Shown piece after piece: positions 47,966-58,401 of a stretch of DNA of 64,000 bases (positions are counted from its first letter, which is position 1; the number at the start of each line of letters is the position of its first letter). The stretch comes from Cyanobium sp. FGCU6 (GTDB lineage: Bacteria; Cyanobacteriota; Cyanobacteriia; PCC-6307; Cyanobiaceae). Below the pieces are notes generated by a model, which was not told the DNA's origin, searched no databases, and saw only the letters and a program-made list of their open reading frames with translations. Location: contig JANWUR010000013.1 of NCBI GenBank assembly GCA_024958655.1, positions 35,043-99,042 on the forward strand, given 5' to 3'. A program made the position numbers and the translations under genes.

Positions 47966-49273
47966 ATGGCGATCGGCGTCGGCTTGCTCGGACTGGGCAC
48001 GGTGGGGGCCGGCGTCGCCGCGATCCTGACCAGTCCGGAGGGGCGCCACCCCCTGGTGGGGGCCCTCGACCTGAAGAAGGTGGCGGTGCGGGATCCCGGC
48101 CGGGTGCGGCCGGTGAGCCTGCCGGCGGAGGTGATCACCACCGATCCCGAAGCGGTGGTGGACGATCCGGCGGTGGAGATCGTGGTGGAGGTGATGGGCG
48201 GCCTGGAGCCGGCCCGCAGCCTGATCCTGCGGGCGATCGCCGCCGGCAAGCCGGTGGTGACCGCCAACAAGTCCGTGATCGCCCGCCACGGTGAGGAGAT
48301 CGCCGCCGCCGCCGCCGAGCGGGGGGTGTACGTGCTGATCGAGGCGGCGGTGGGCGGCGGCATCCCGATCATCGAACCGCTGAAGCAGTCGCTCGGCGGC
48401 AACCGCATCCAGCGGGTGAGCGGCATCATCAACGGCACCACCAACTACATCCTCAGCCGCATGGCCGATGAAGGCGCGGCCTACGGCGCCGTGCTGGCCG
48501 ACGCCCAGCGACTGGGCTACGCGGAGGCCGACCCCGCCGCCGACGTGGAGGGCCACGATGCCGCCGACAAGATTGCGATCCTGGCTGGCCTGGCCTACGG
48601 CGGTCCGGTGCCCCGCGCCGCCATCCCCACCGAGGGCATCGACCGGCTGGAGGCCCGCGACGTGGCCTATGCCGCCCAGCTGGGGTTCGTGGTCAAGCTG
48701 CTGGCGGTGGCCCAGCGCATCGGCGATCCCGACGACGCCGGGGTGCAGGCCCTCGATGTGCGCGTGCACCCCACCCTGCTGCCCGTGGATCACCCCCTGG
48801 CCGGCGTGAACGGGGTGAACAACGCGATCCTGGTGGAGGGCGATCCGGTGGGCCGGGTGATGTTCTACGGGCCCGGGGCCGGCGCGGGTCCGACGGCTTC
48901 GGCGGTGGTGGCCGACATCCTGAACATCGCCGGCATCCGCCAGGTGGGGGGCCCCCAGGCCGGGCTCGATCCGCTGCTGGCCGCCAGCAGCTGGCGGCGC
49001 TGCGCCCTGGTGGAGGGCGCCCTCACCAGCCATCGCAACTATGTGCGTTTCCGCACCCACGACCAGCCCGGTGTGATCGGTCAGATCGGCACCGCCTTCG
49101 GCAGCGCCGGCGTGTCGATCCAGTCGATCGTGCAGCTGGAGTGCGACGGCGGCGCCGCCGAGATCGTCGTGATCACCCACGATGTGCAGGAGGCCCGTTT
49201 CCGCGAGGCCTTGGCGGCGATCGAGGCCCATCCGGAGGTGCTCACCGTGGCGGCCAGCCTGCGCACGCTGTGA
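47966..49273 (+). CDS. hom: Homoserine dehydrogenase with ACT domain
   Basis: GLGTVG, EAAVGGGIP, NGTTNYIL, GAGPTASAV, DQPGVIG. Confidence 0.96.
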   Translation: MAIGVGLLGLGTVGAGVAAILTSPEGRHPLVGALDLKKVAVRDPGRVRPVSLPAEVITTDPEAVVDDPAVEIVVEVMGGLEPARSLILRAIAAGKPVVTANKSVIARHGEEIAAAAAERGVYVLIEAAVGGGIPIIEPLKQSLGGNRIQRVSGIINGTTNYILSRMADEGAAYGAVLADAQRLGYAEADPAADVEGHDAADKIAILAGLAYGGPVPRAAIPTEGIDRLEARDVAYAAQLGFVVKLLAVAQRIGDPDDAGVQALDVRVHPTLLPVDHPLAGVNGVNNAILVEGDPVGRVMFYGPGAGAGPTASAVVADILNIAGIRQVGGPQAGLDPLLAASSWRRCALVEGALTSHRNYVRFRTHDQPGVIGQIGTAFGSAGVSIQSIVQLECDGGAAEIVVITHDVQEARFREALAAIEAHPEVLTVAASLRTL

Positions 49274-49428
49274 CCCGCGAGTCCGACAGGGCGATTGCGT
49301 AGCGTTTCGCTGACAAAGCCGGGGTCGGTCACCTGTTCGGTAGCGGCCGGTACGCCGCCCGTCGATCCGGTAGAAATGATGAAGAAGCAAAACGCGTTCC
49401 CCAAAGCCCTCTCCCCGGGGCGCCCCCC

Positions 49429-49689
49429 ATGACCCTTCATCAAGGCGACTGCATCAGCCTCCCCGCCGTCGAGCCGAGCCTCGCGCTGCCCCTCGACCCG
49501 GCGGTCGATCCCTCCGGCGACCAGCTCTATCAAGTGGTGAGCGTCGACGCCCCGGGTGATCGCTGCTGGCTCAGGCGCTGGCCCCTGGCCCGCCACGGCT
49601 CGCCGGTGTTCGAGCTCTCCCTGCGCCAGCTCCAGGGCCGCCAACCCCACCGTCAAGCCCATCGCTGCTCTCTCCACGGCCGTTCCTGA
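49429..49689 (+). CDS. Small conserved hypothetical protein
   Basis: YQVVSVD...RCWLRRWPL...SPVFE; GC3-rich codons. Confidence 0.7.
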   Translation: MTLHQGDCISLPAVEPSLALPLDPAVDPSGDQLYQVVSVDAPGDRCWLRRWPLARHGSPVFELSLRQLQGRQPHRQAHRCSLHGRS

Positions 49690-49845
49690 ACCGGCCCCGC
49701 CCGCCCTCGCGCGCCGCCGCCCCACGTCTTGAATGGCGCGATCCGAAGCACTGGCTTGGCCGCATCCGCAGGTCCGGACACCGGAACGTCACCATCCCGC
49801 CTGGCTGCGTGCGACCAAGGCCGCCATCGCCTGCGCACACCTCCG

Positions 49846-51411
49846 ATGGCTCTGCGGATACTGGCCCTGTCCCTCCTGGCGACCGCTATCGCCGCCTGCC
49901 AGCCGCAGCGCCCCGCCGGCAGTGTGATCGTGGCCACCAAGAGCCGCATCGACTCCCTCGATCCCGCCAAGGCCTCGCGGGTGGGGGTGATGCAGGTGCT
50001 CAGCGCCCTCGGCGATCCCCTCTACGCCATCGCCGCCGACGGGCGCATCGAACCCCGCCTGGCAACCGCCATGCCGCGCCTCAGTGCCGACGGCCTGCGC
50101 GCCCGTATCCCCCTGCGCCGTGGCGTGCTCTTCCACGACGGCACCCCCTTTGATGCCGCCGCCATGGTGTTCTCGCTGGAGCGGTTCCGGCGGATCGGCA
50201 CCCTCGGCTACCAGCTCAGCGACCGGGTGGCGGCGGTGCGGGCCACGGGCTCCCATGAGATCGAGCTGGAGCTCAAGCAGCCCTTCAGTCCCCTGCCCCG
50301 GCTGCTGAGCGCCATCTTCCTCACGCCGGTGTCGCCCACCGCCTACCGGGCCCACCGCGATGCCCCCCTGGCCAGCCGCTTCGTGGGCACCGGGCCCTAC
50401 CGGCTGGCCGCCTACAGCCCCCAGCAGCAGCGGCTGGTGCCCTGGGAGCGCTACTGGGGCCGCCGGCCCGCCAACAGCGGCCTCGCCCTGGTGACCCTGG
50501 GCAACTCCACCGCCCTCTACGGCGCCCTGCGCAGCGGCGAGGTGGACGTGCTGCTCAACAGCGGCCTGGAGATCGACCACCAGCAGGCCCTGCACAAGGA
50601 GGCGGCCGCCGGCCGGCTGCGGGAATCCGTGGGGCCGGCCATGGAGATCGGCATCCTCTCGCTGCTCACCGACCAGCCGCCGCTGGCCGATCCGCTGCTC
50701 CGCCAGGCGATCGCCCGCAGCCTCGATCGCGACCTGCTCAGCCGCCGGGTGAGCCTGGACATCCGACCGCCGCTGCGGCAGCTCGTCCCACCCAGCCTGC
50801 CGGGCTCCGATCCTGAGGCCTGGCCCGCCTACGACCCGGCCCGCGCCCGCAGCCTGTTCCGCAAGGCGGGCTACTGCCAGGGCCGTCGTCTGGAGCTGCC
50901 GCTCACCTTCCGCTCCGACATCCCCAGCGACCGCCTGTTCGCCCTCACCTGGCAGGCTCAGCTGCGGCGCGACCTTGACGACTGCGTGACCCTGCAGGTG
51001 AGCGGCATGGAATCCACCACCGCCTACGACCAGCTGGGCAAGGGCTCCCTGGCCCTGTTCTTCTACGACTGGATCGGCGACTACCCCGATGCCGAGAACT
51101 TCCTGGTGCCGCTGCTGGGCTGCACCAAGGCGAAGGGCGAGCGCTGCCTCGAGGGCAACAGCGCCCTGAGCGGCAGCTTCTGGACCAGCCCCGGCCTGGA
51201 GGAGGAGCTGCAGCGCAGCAGCCGGGTGGGTGGGCCGGAGCGGATCGGCCTGCTGCAGGCGATCCAGCGGCGCACCGCCCGCGCCACTCCCTACCTGCCG
51301 GTGTGGCTGATGGCGCCGGTGGCCTGGACGCGGCCGGAGCTGAGCCCACCCCGCTACGACGGCTCAGGCCGCGTGCAGCTGGGTGAACTGCGGCGGGAGG
51401 CGGGCCGATGA
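49846..51411 (+). CDS. Peptide ABC transporter substrate-binding lipoprotein (family 5)
   Basis: Lipobox IAAC; SLDP, FHDGTPF, GTGPY, WIGDYPD. Confidence 0.92.
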   Translation: MALRILALSLLATAIAACQPQRPAGSVIVATKSRIDSLDPAKASRVGVMQVLSALGDPLYAIAADGRIEPRLATAMPRLSADGLRARIPLRRGVLFHDGTPFDAAAMVFSLERFRRIGTLGYQLSDRVAAVRATGSHEIELELKQPFSPLPRLLSAIFLTPVSPTAYRAHRDAPLASRFVGTGPYRLAAYSPQQQRLVPWERYWGRRPANSGLALVTLGNSTALYGALRSGEVDVLLNSGLEIDHQQALHKEAAAGRLRESVGPAMEIGILSLLTDQPPLADPLLRQAIARSLDRDLLSRRVSLDIRPPLRQLVPPSLPGSDPEAWPAYDPARARSLFRKAGYCQGRRLELPLTFRSDIPSDRLFALTWQAQLRRDLDDCVTLQVSGMESTTAYDQLGKGSLALFFYDWIGDYPDAENFLVPLLGCTKAKGERCLEGNSALSGSFWTSPGLEEELQRSSRVGGPERIGLLQAIQRRTARATPYLPVWLMAPVAWTRPELSPPRYDGSGRVQLGELRREAGR

Positions 51412-52427
51412 GCCGGCGGCGCGAACTCGCCCGGTACGTGGCCGCCCGGCTGGCCCTGGCGCCGGTGATGCTCTGGCTGCTGGCCAGCCTGGTGTTCCTG
51501 CTGCTGCGGGTGGCCCCGGGCGATCCGATCGATGCCCTCCTGGGCCCGAAGGCACCCGCCGCCGCCCGGGCCGCCCTGCGCCAGCAGCTCGGTCTCGATC
51601 GGCCCCTGCTGGAGCAGTACGGCCACTTCCTGGGCCAGCTGCTGCACGGCAACCTGGGCACCTCCCAGGCCGCCCAGGAGCCGGTCACCGCGATCGTGCG
51701 CGACACCCTGCCCGCCAGCCTGGAGCTGGGGCTGGTGGCCCTGCTGCTGGCGGCGGTTCTGGGTCTGGCGGTGGGCTTCAGCGGCATCGCCAGGCCGGAG
51801 GGGAAGGTGGATCTGGCGGGCCGCCTGTTCGGCATCGGCACCTATGCCCTGCCCCCCTTCTGGGCGGCGATGGTGGTGCAGCTGGTGTTCGCTGTGTGGC
51901 TGGGCTGGCTGCCGGTGGGGGGGCGGTTCCCGGCCACCCTGGTGCCGCCCGGCGGCAGCGGCTTCTACCTGCTCGACAGCCTGCGGGCCGGCAACCTCCC
52001 CCAGCTGCTGGGAAGCCTGCGGCATCTGGCCCTGCCGGCCGCCACTCTGGCCGTGCTGCTCAGCGGCATCTTCACCAATGCCCTGCGGCTCAACCTGCGG
52101 CGGGCTTTGGGTTCCGACTACGTGGAAGCGGCCCGCAGCCGGGGTCTGAGCGAGCGGCGGGTGGTACTCCACCACGCCCTGCCCAATGCCCTGCTGCCGG
52201 TGCTCACGATCACCGGCATCACCGTGGCCTCCCTGATCGGCGGCGCCCTCCTGATCGAGGTCACGTTCTCGTGGCCGGGGATCGCCGCCCGGCTGCAGGA
52301 GGCGATCGCCCAGCGCGACTACCCCCTCGTGCAGGGCATCGTGGTGGTGGTGGCGGCCCTGGTGGTGCTGGTCACCGTGGCGGTGGATCTGCTGGTGGCG
52401 CTGCTCGATCCGCGCATCCGTTTCTGA
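51408..52427 (+). CDS. Peptide ABC transporter permease (DppB-like)
   Basis: PGDP, GLDRP, EAARSRG, RDYPLVQG. Confidence 0.93.
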   Translation: MSRRRELARYVAARLALAPVMLWLLASLVFLLLRVAPGDPIDALLGPKAPAAARAALRQQLGLDRPLLEQYGHFLGQLLHGNLGTSQAAQEPVTAIVRDTLPASLELGLVALLLAAVLGLAVGFSGIARPEGKVDLAGRLFGIGTYALPPFWAAMVVQLVFAVWLGWLPVGGRFPATLVPPGGSGFYLLDSLRAGNLPQLLGSLRHLALPAATLAVLLSGIFTNALRLNLRRALGSDYVEAARSRGLSERRVVLHHALPNALLPVLTITGITVASLIGGALLIEVTFSWPGIAARLQEAIAQRDYPLVQGIVVVVAALVVLVTVAVDLLVALLDPRIRF

Positions 52428-52445
52428 GCCCGCTTCGGCAACCTG

Positions 52446-54086
52446 TCAGTCGTCGCCGACCTGAATCTCCCGCTCCCAGCGGCGGGCGATCGACGGGTCG
52501 AGCAGCCAGGCGCTCACACCCCGACGCCGCCGCACCTGGGGAGCCTGCGGTGGGGTCGTCTCCAGCGTGGAGAGGAAATCACCCGTGAGCGCCAGCAGCA
52601 GGCCCTGAACCACGGCGGGATCCTCCCCCACCAGATCGCTGCCCAGCCGGAACAGCACCGCCTCCTGCCCGCTGACCCGCACCGGTGAGAAGTGGCTGCC
52701 GCCGTCCACCACGACCAGCCGGCTGCGTCGGTGACCGGCCGGCAGGAACAGGGAGAGCTGCTCCTCGATCGGCGGGGTGACCAGATCGAGGCCGCCGCCC
52801 ACCAGCAGCACCGGCACCGGCAGGGCGCTCAGCCCCTGATGGGGCCACAGCAGGCTGCCGAAGGCGTTGTAGGCCACGACCGCCTTCAGATCGGGCGGGC
52901 GGCGCCGGGGAGCGGGCAGGCTGCTGGCGGGCAGCTGGCACTGGAGCAGGCGCGAGGGGTTGGAGATCGGCAGGCGGCGCAGGGCCCGCCGGCAGCGGGC
53001 ATCGAGGCCGGGCTCGGGCACCATCCCTGCGGCCAGCAGGGCGGTGAGGCCCCCCAGCGAATGTCCCACCAGCACCACCCCGTCGCCGGGAACCTCCAGC
53101 CGACCACTTCGCCTGGCCTCCAGCACCGCCTCCACGTCGTCGAGGCGGATCGCCAGGGTTTCGGCACCGGGCGGCGGCCGCTGCCCCTCCAGAGCCGCCC
53201 GCACGGCCTCCGCATCGCTGCCCGGATGTTCCAGAGCCAGCACCGCCCAGCCCCGGGCCGCCAGGTCGGCGGCCAGCCAGCCCAGCTGGTCGGTGGTACC
53301 GCCGAGGCCCGGCATCAGCAGCAGCCAGGGCCGGGAGGCTGCTGGAGCGGCAGCGGAGGGCAGCCAGATCTCCAGGGGCAGGGGCTCGCTGCGATGGGCC
53401 ACCGTCAGAGACCACCGCCGGGGGGTGATCGGCGGCGGGCTCGCCTGATCGGCGGTGGCAGGTCCGGCCACCAGCGGACCCCGATCGGCGGGCAGAGAAA
53501 CCTCAACCGGCGAACCTTCCGCCAGAGGGAGGCGCCTGAGGCTGCGCAGGGCCTCCCCCTGGCGACGCAACTGGCGGCGCCAGCCATCGGCGAGCGACAG
53601 CAGGCCGTCGAGATCGAGCACCAGCTGGCGGGGCGGCAGGGCCCGCAGCAATTCGATCGCCGTCACCTGCCGGCGCCGCACCAGTTGCTCCCGCAGCGTC
53701 ACCGGCAGCAGGGCCCTGGTGCTGGCGCCATCGACGGTGGTGAGCAGATCCCCGAGGGTGGCCAGCATCTGGCCGCCGGCCCAGCTGTCGAGCAGCTGGC
53801 GACCGAAGCTTCGGTCCCGCAGCAGCGGGGCCTGCAGCAGGGCCCGCAGGTCGTCGCGGCTGCCCCTCTCCAGCAGGCCCATCCACACCTCCAGATCGGC
53901 GGCGGGCTCCCGCTTCCCCAGGCTCCAGGCCTCGAGCTGGTCGAGGCGGATCGGAATCGCCAGCCCGTCGAGCCGCAGCTCCAGCAGCTCGGCGGCGCCG
54001 GCCCTGACACCCCAGGCCAGCGGCAGCGCCACCAGCAGACTGGCGAGCACGGAACCCAGGCGGCGAAGAAGGCTTGAAACAGGCAC
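52446..54086 (-). CDS. Alpha/beta hydrolase (DUF1400-type N-domain)
   Basis: PGLGG, GHSLGG nucleophile elbow, DLVTP, HFS. Confidence 0.88.
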   Translation of the reverse strand: MPVSSLLRRLGSVLASLLVALPLAWGVRAGAAELLELRLDGLAIPIRLDQLEAWSLGKREPAADLEVWMGLLERGSRDDLRALLQAPLLRDRSFGRQLLDSWAGGQMLATLGDLLTTVDGASTRALLPVTLREQLVRRRQVTAIELLRALPPRQLVLDLDGLLSLADGWRRQLRRQGEALRSLRRLPLAEGSPVEVSLPADRGPLVAGPATADQASPPPITPRRWSLTVAHRSEPLPLEIWLPSAAAPAASRPWLLLMPGLGGTTDQLGWLAADLAARGWAVLALEHPGSDAEAVRAALEGQRPPPGAETLAIRLDDVEAVLEARRSGRLEVPGDGVVLVGHSLGGLTALLAAGMVPEPGLDARCRRALRRLPISNPSRLLQCQLPASSLPAPRRRPPDLKAVVAYNAFGSLLWPHQGLSALPVPVLLVGGGLDLVTPPIEEQLSLFLPAGHRRSRLVVVDGGSHFSPVRVSGQEAVLFRLGSDLVGEDPAVVQGLLLALTGDFLSTLETTPPQAPQVRRRRGVSAWLLDPSIARRWEREIQVGDD

Positions 54087-55393
54087 AGCGGGCGTCCAGG
54101 GTGTGGTCCTGGTTCCACCAGTTTCCCGCGCCGCTGCAGGAACTGGCAGGGGTGCGGCTGCTTGCCGCCCTTGGGGCCGGCGGCGTGATCTACCTCACGC
54201 CGATGGTGTTCCACCTGGCGGCCTTCAGCGCCCGCAGCGTCACCCAGGGGCTGGCGGCCGCTGCCGTAGCCGGCACCGCCGGGCGGCTGGCCAGCGGCCT
54301 GCTGCTCGATCGGGGGATGGCGGTGTCACGTCCCGTGCTGCTGGCCCTGGCGATGGGGTTCCTCGGCGACGTGGTCCTGCTCGGCGCCCATGGCTTCGGG
54401 GGCTACCTGATCGGCCAGGTGTTGATGGGGATGGCGGTGGGGCTCTACTGGCCGGCGATCGAGCTGGCCGTCCCCCTGGCCTGTCCACCGCTGCCCTCCG
54501 CCCGGGCCTTCGCGCTGGTGCGCACCGCCGACGCGGCCGGCATCGCCGCCGGCGCCCTGCTCGGGGCAGCCCTGGCGGCGGCCGGCTGGCTGCGGGGCAT
54601 CTACGTGGTGGACATGGGCGCCCTGGCCGCGGTGGCGCTGCTGCTGGTGCGGCGCCCCCTGCCCACCGCCCCATCCCGCCGGCGCGGGAGGCGCGGCGGC
54701 GGGGTGGGCTGGGTGCTGCCGCTGCTGCCGGTGCTGGCGGTGACGCTGCTGGCCACCGGCATGCAGGCCCTGATGCAGAGCGCCCTGCCGCTGGATCTGG
54801 TGCGGGGCGCCCCGATGCGGCCTGCCCTGCCGGAAAGCCTCGGAGCCCTCACGATCGGCCTGCAGCTCAGCCTGCTGCTGGCACTGCAGTGGCCGGTGGG
54901 TCAGGCCCTGGCCCGTCGGCCCGTGCGCGACGGGCTGGCCCTCGGCCTCGGCGCGTTCGCCGCCGGCAGCCTGCTGCTGGCGCTCTCGGCCCTGCTGCCC
55001 TTCGGAGGGGCCGTGATGATCGCCGCCCAGCTGCCGCTGGCTCTGGCGGAGGCAGCCTTCCTGCCTACGGCCACCGAAGCGATCGTGGAGCTCACACCCG
55101 CGTCCCACCGGGGGCTGGCCCTGGCGCTGTTCTCGCAGTGCTTCGCCCTGAGCGCGTTTGCGGCCCCGCTGGTGGCCGGCTGGCTGCTCGATCTGCAGGG
55201 CCATGCGATCGGTCTGTGGCTGGCGATGGCGGCGCTGCTGCTGCTGGGCCTGCTGCCGGTGGCCCGGCTGGAAGGCCTGCAACGCCGCAATCTTCTGGAG
55301 GTGCTCAGCGGCGAAGGGGAAGGGGGCGATCTGGAGATCCTCTATCGACTCCCGCTCGACAACCCCCCCGAGGGGGCGCCCCCCCCGGGTTGA
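54074..55393 (+). CDS. MFS transporter; true start may be slightly downstream
   Basis: About 12 TM helices; GRLASGLLLDRG motif A-like. Confidence 0.88.
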   Translation: MKQAQRASRVWSWFHQFPAPLQELAGVRLLAALGAGGVIYLTPMVFHLAAFSARSVTQGLAAAAVAGTAGRLASGLLLDRGMAVSRPVLLALAMGFLGDVVLLGAHGFGGYLIGQVLMGMAVGLYWPAIELAVPLACPPLPSARAFALVRTADAAGIAAGALLGAALAAAGWLRGIYVVDMGALAAVALLLVRRPLPTAPSRRRGRRGGGVGWVLPLLPVLAVTLLATGMQALMQSALPLDLVRGAPMRPALPESLGALTIGLQLSLLLALQWPVGQALARRPVRDGLALGLGAFAAGSLLLALSALLPFGGAVMIAAQLPLALAEAAFLPTATEAIVELTPASHRGLALALFSQCFALSAFAAPLVAGWLLDLQGHAIGLWLAMAALLLLGLLPVARLEGLQRRNLLEVLSGEGEGGDLEILYRLPLDNPPEGAPPPG

Positions 55394-55411
55394 GGCCTCG
55401 AGTCCCTCCCC

Positions 55412-55624
55412 TCAGCCCGCTGCCGACTGGGCGGGATCGAAACCCTGACCGCCCTTGCGAACCCAGGCCTCGTGGGGAAGCGGCTCGGTGCCGTACTCCC
55501 AGTCGTCGTAGTCGGGATCGTTGCGGATGCTGCGGTGGATCTCCTTCTGCACCTCGAAGTTGTGGGGATGGGCCGGGGCGCCGTCGATCGGAGCCGGGGA
55601 CGCGGCATCGGTGGACGGGCTCAT
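55412..55624 (-). CDS. Small conserved hypothetical protein
   Basis: NFEVQKEIHRSIRNDPDYDDWEYG motif; GC3-rich codons. Confidence 0.65.
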   Translation of the reverse strand: MSPSTDAASPAPIDGAPAHPHNFEVQKEIHRSIRNDPDYDDWEYGTEPLPHEAWVRKGGQGFDPAQSAAG

Positions 55625-55721
55625 GGCGCGGGAAGGAACGCTCCGGTCATTCTCCCCGATAGGCCCACGGAGGGCGTGCCCCGGAACGCAACGTGATGGA
55701 GCCGGCGCCACGCGCGCGCCC

Positions 55722-56624
55722 TCACGAACGGGCGAACCAGCGGGCCAGGGCCGAGACGTCCTCACCGCCGAACCCCCTCGCGATCAGGTCCTCCTCGATC
55801 GCCGCCACCCGTTCGCACACCGGCAGCTCAAGCCCTGCCGCTGCCGCCTCCTCCAGGGCGATGGCCAGGTCCTTGCGGTGCAGCGCCAGCTGGAACCCCA
55901 GCGGATAGGAGTCGGTGAGCATGTTGGTGGCCCGGTGCTCCAGGGCCCAGGAGCCTGCCGCTCCGCCCATCAGGGCCCGGCGCACCTGCTCCATCGGCAG
56001 GCCCAGCCGAAGCCCCAAAGCCATCGCCTCCGCCACGGCGGCGTAGCTGCCGGCCACCAGCACCTGGTTCAGCGCCTTCACCCGCTGGCCGGAACCCACA
56101 GGGCCGAAATGGTGGAGGGAACGCCCCACCAGCTCCAGCAGCGGCCGGGCCCGCTCAAGATCCTGCGCGCTGCCCCCCACCAGCACGGAGAGGGTGCCGG
56201 CCTCGGCCCCCTCGGTGCCGCCGGTGACCGGCGCATCGAGATAGGCCACCCCCCGCTCCGCCAGGGCTGCCGCCAGAGACTCGGCGGTGGCAGGGGCAAT
56301 GGTGGAGAAGTCCACCACCAACGAGCCGGGGGCCAGGCCGGCGATCGCCGGATCGGACGCATCGCCCTCCCCCAGCAACACCGTTCGCACCACCTTGTCG
56401 TCGCTCAGGCAGAGGCAGAGGATCTCGGCGCCGGCCGCCGCCTCAGCCGGCGTGGCGGCCCGGCGGGCCCCGGCAGCCGCCACCGGCTCCTCACGGGAGC
56501 GGTTGCGGTTGTGCACGGCGAGGGGCACGCCGCCCCCCACCAGCCGCAGGGCCATCGGCGTACCGAGGGCGCCGAGTCCGAGGAAGGCGGTGGGGGGGAA
56601 ACAGGGGGGAGCAGGCGTGGACAT
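55722..56624 (-). CDS. NAD(P)-dependent beta-hydroxyacid dehydrogenase
   Basis: GLGALG, DFST, DAPVTGG, KALNQ, HRKD. Confidence 0.93.
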   Translation of the reverse strand: MSTPAPPCFPPTAFLGLGALGTPMALRLVGGGVPLAVHNRNRSREEPVAAAGARRAATPAEAAAGAEILCLCLSDDKVVRTVLLGEGDASDPAIAGLAPGSLVVDFSTIAPATAESLAAALAERGVAYLDAPVTGGTEGAEAGTLSVLVGGSAQDLERARPLLELVGRSLHHFGPVGSGQRVKALNQVLVAGSYAAVAEAMALGLRLGLPMEQVRRALMGGAAGSWALEHRATNMLTDSYPLGFQLALHRKDLAIALEEAAAAGLELPVCERVAAIEEDLIARGFGGEDVSALARWFARS

Positions 56625-56639
56625 CCGACTTCAGTCACC

Positions 56640-57233
56640 TCACTTGGATCGTTCACCCTCACACGGCAGGACATGGGCGCGGGGATCCTTCTCGTTCCAG
56701 GCCAGGTAGGCCGTGCCGGGTTCGGGACGGCGCAGCGGCAGGGCCGGCGCCACGCTCGGGTTGGTGGGATAGGTGCGGCCATCGAAGGGCAGCTCGGCGT
56801 TGTAGCCATGTCCGGCATCCACCCGCACGCGGGTGATCAGCTCCTTCCAGCCGTTTTGGCGCCGCTCGGCCACGATCAGTGGATCCTTGAACAGGCTCAT
56901 CTGCGTCAGCAGTTGCAGCCGGCCGGGGCTGGGTTCGCGGAAGATCAGCAGTGGGCAGCCACCGGTGCCGCAGAACATCGGCCCCAGCACCTGCGCCACC
57001 AGTTCGGGCCTGCCGTCGCCATTGAGATCCACCCGGCTCCAGGTGTAGCGATGGGCCGGCAGGCGCCCGCATTCGGCCTTGATCCTGTGGCGCCTGGCGC
57101 TATCAGCCTCCGCACTGCCGGGATCGGGGCCCTGACCCTGGCCGTCGCCGATCCGCACCGGGAACAGCGCCTCGCGCAAAGCCGCTTCCAGCGCGCGGTT
57201 GGGTTTCGGCTCCGGCGGCACGGACCGCACCAC
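56640..57233 (-). CDS. DLNGDG/CGTGGC-motif protein, apparently 5'-truncated
   Basis: VDLNGDGRPEL...FCGTGGCP...GWKEL...FDGRTYP; in-frame stop at 57303 and no signal peptide. Confidence 0.7.
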   Translation of the reverse strand: MVRSVPPEPKPNRALEAALREALFPVRIGDGQGQGPDPGSAEADSARRHRIKAECGRLPAHRYTWSRVDLNGDGRPELVAQVLGPMFCGTGGCPLLIFREPSPGRLQLLTQMSLFKDPLIVAERRQNGWKELITRVRVDAGHGYNAELPFDGRTYPTNPSVAPALPLRRPEPGTAYLAWNEKDPRAHVLPCEGERSK

Positions 57234-57385
57234 GGTGGGGGTGGCGCTTGGGGGCGGCTGGGCCCGTGCCGGGAAAGGAACAGAAAACCTCTTCTTACCG
57301 CCTCAGCTGCGCGCCGGCGATCACGGATCAGCGCAGAGCGCTGCAGTCCTGGGACGGCGGTGCCTCCTGGGGGGGGACATGACCC

Positions 57386-57622
57386 TCAGCGGTTGTCCGT
57401 CTTCACGCTGAGGAACTTGCCGTTGGGGTTGAACTTGCAGTGGAACACCTGCACATCATTGGCCGGGGTGATGGACTGCCCGAATACGCGATACCTGCCG
57501 TCCGACTCCTTGCGCGCCTTGTTAGTGGTCACACGACCAGTCTTGTCATCAAAGGCCTCGGCTGCCTTGCCCTTGCAGAATCTGGGCATCTCTGTAACGG
57601 TGCCCCCCTCAGGTGGCATCAT
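57386..57622 (-). CDS. Small two-Cys hypothetical protein, probably N-terminally truncated
   Basis: MPRFCKGKAAEAF...VFHCKFNPNGKF; overlaps the stop of the upstream gene. Confidence 0.5.
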   Translation of the reverse strand: MMPPEGGTVTEMPRFCKGKAAEAFDDKTGRVTTNKARKESDGRYRVFGQSITPANDVQVFHCKFNPNGKFLSVKTDNR

Positions 57623-58100
57623 CAGCCGCCTGAGCGGCCATCAAGGGGAGGAGGGCGTTGAGGCTGGAGCGGTTGGCGTCGGAGGGATCGAGCTGGAATC
57701 GGGCAGAGAGCAGAGCTGTGCTGCGGAGGAGAGCAATTCCCTGCCTCTGGCGTTCAGCAGCCTGAGCCTGGCGTTCTCTTGCTTCAGCTGCTCGGTCTCG
57801 TTCCTGATCCTCTCGGACTCGCTCCTCAGCTCGTTCGTTCGCTGCTCGATCTCGCGCACGGGTCGCCAGTTGAGCATCGATAAAAAAGACCGCAAAGGAG
57901 ATAAGGATGAGTCCGATGCCCCATTGCCGCTGGAGGGGGACGACCCGGCCGGGGAGTGCGATGTGGTCATAAGACGAAAACAGCGCGATGAGACCGACAA
58001 CAATCCCCGCCAGGACCTGAACGATGCCCTGGTTGTCAAGCCCCAGAAACCGCCGCTGAGGCGGAACGGCCCCCGGGAGATCAGGCGAAGGAATGGTCAA
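57609..58100 (-). CDS. 2TM + charged coiled-coil hypothetical protein
   Basis: Two TM helices followed by RARDRAANERAEER...RQRQ. Confidence 0.7.
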   Translation of the reverse strand: MTIPSPDLPGAVPPQRRFLGLDNQGIVQVLAGIVVGLIALFSSYDHIALPGRVVPLQRQWGIGLILISFAVFFIDAQLATRARDRAANERAEERVREDQERDRAAEARERQAQAAERQRQGIALLRSTALLSARFQLDPSDANRSSLNALLPLMAAQAADDAT

Positions 58101-58215
58101 AGCCTAAAAGCTCCAACCCTGGCGAGAGGAGATGATACGTCAGTACTGGTCGTTGAGCAATTCTCAGGGCTTCGCGGGGGTCTTTGAAGCACACGGGAAC
58201 CATCCCGAGGCGCGA

Positions 58216-58401
58216 TCAGGACACGAGGAGAGTGGCGCAGCGAACCGCTCGGCCGTCGCTGGTGTCCAGCCGGATCCCCTCCGGCTCCCTCACCAGCCCA
58301 AGAAACGGCTGCCAGTCATCGCGCCACCCCTGGGCGCTTGCCACCGCCAGCACCCTGCCGCCGGTGTCTTCGAGCGTGAAGGTGAACCGATCGATCGCCA
58401 T
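58216..58401 (-). CDS. Small hypothetical protein
   Basis: MAIDRFTFTLEDTGGRVL...; GC3-rich frame. Confidence 0.4.
   Translation of the reverse strand: MAIDRFTFTLEDTGGRVLAVASAQGWRDDWQPFLGLVREPEGIRLDTSDGRAVRCATLLVS

Noticed and set aside
49340-49353. GTA-N8-TAC upstream of the 49429 ORF
   Set aside because: GC-rich spacer, no properly spaced -10 box; several chance matches are expected per window.
54074-54086. Head-to-head overlap of the hydrolase and MFS starts
   Set aside because: Most likely over-extended start calls.
58105-58160. GCTCCAAC...GTTGAGC pair resembling an attC left of intI
   Set aside because: No L-box pairing or internal stem, and no match to the attC family.
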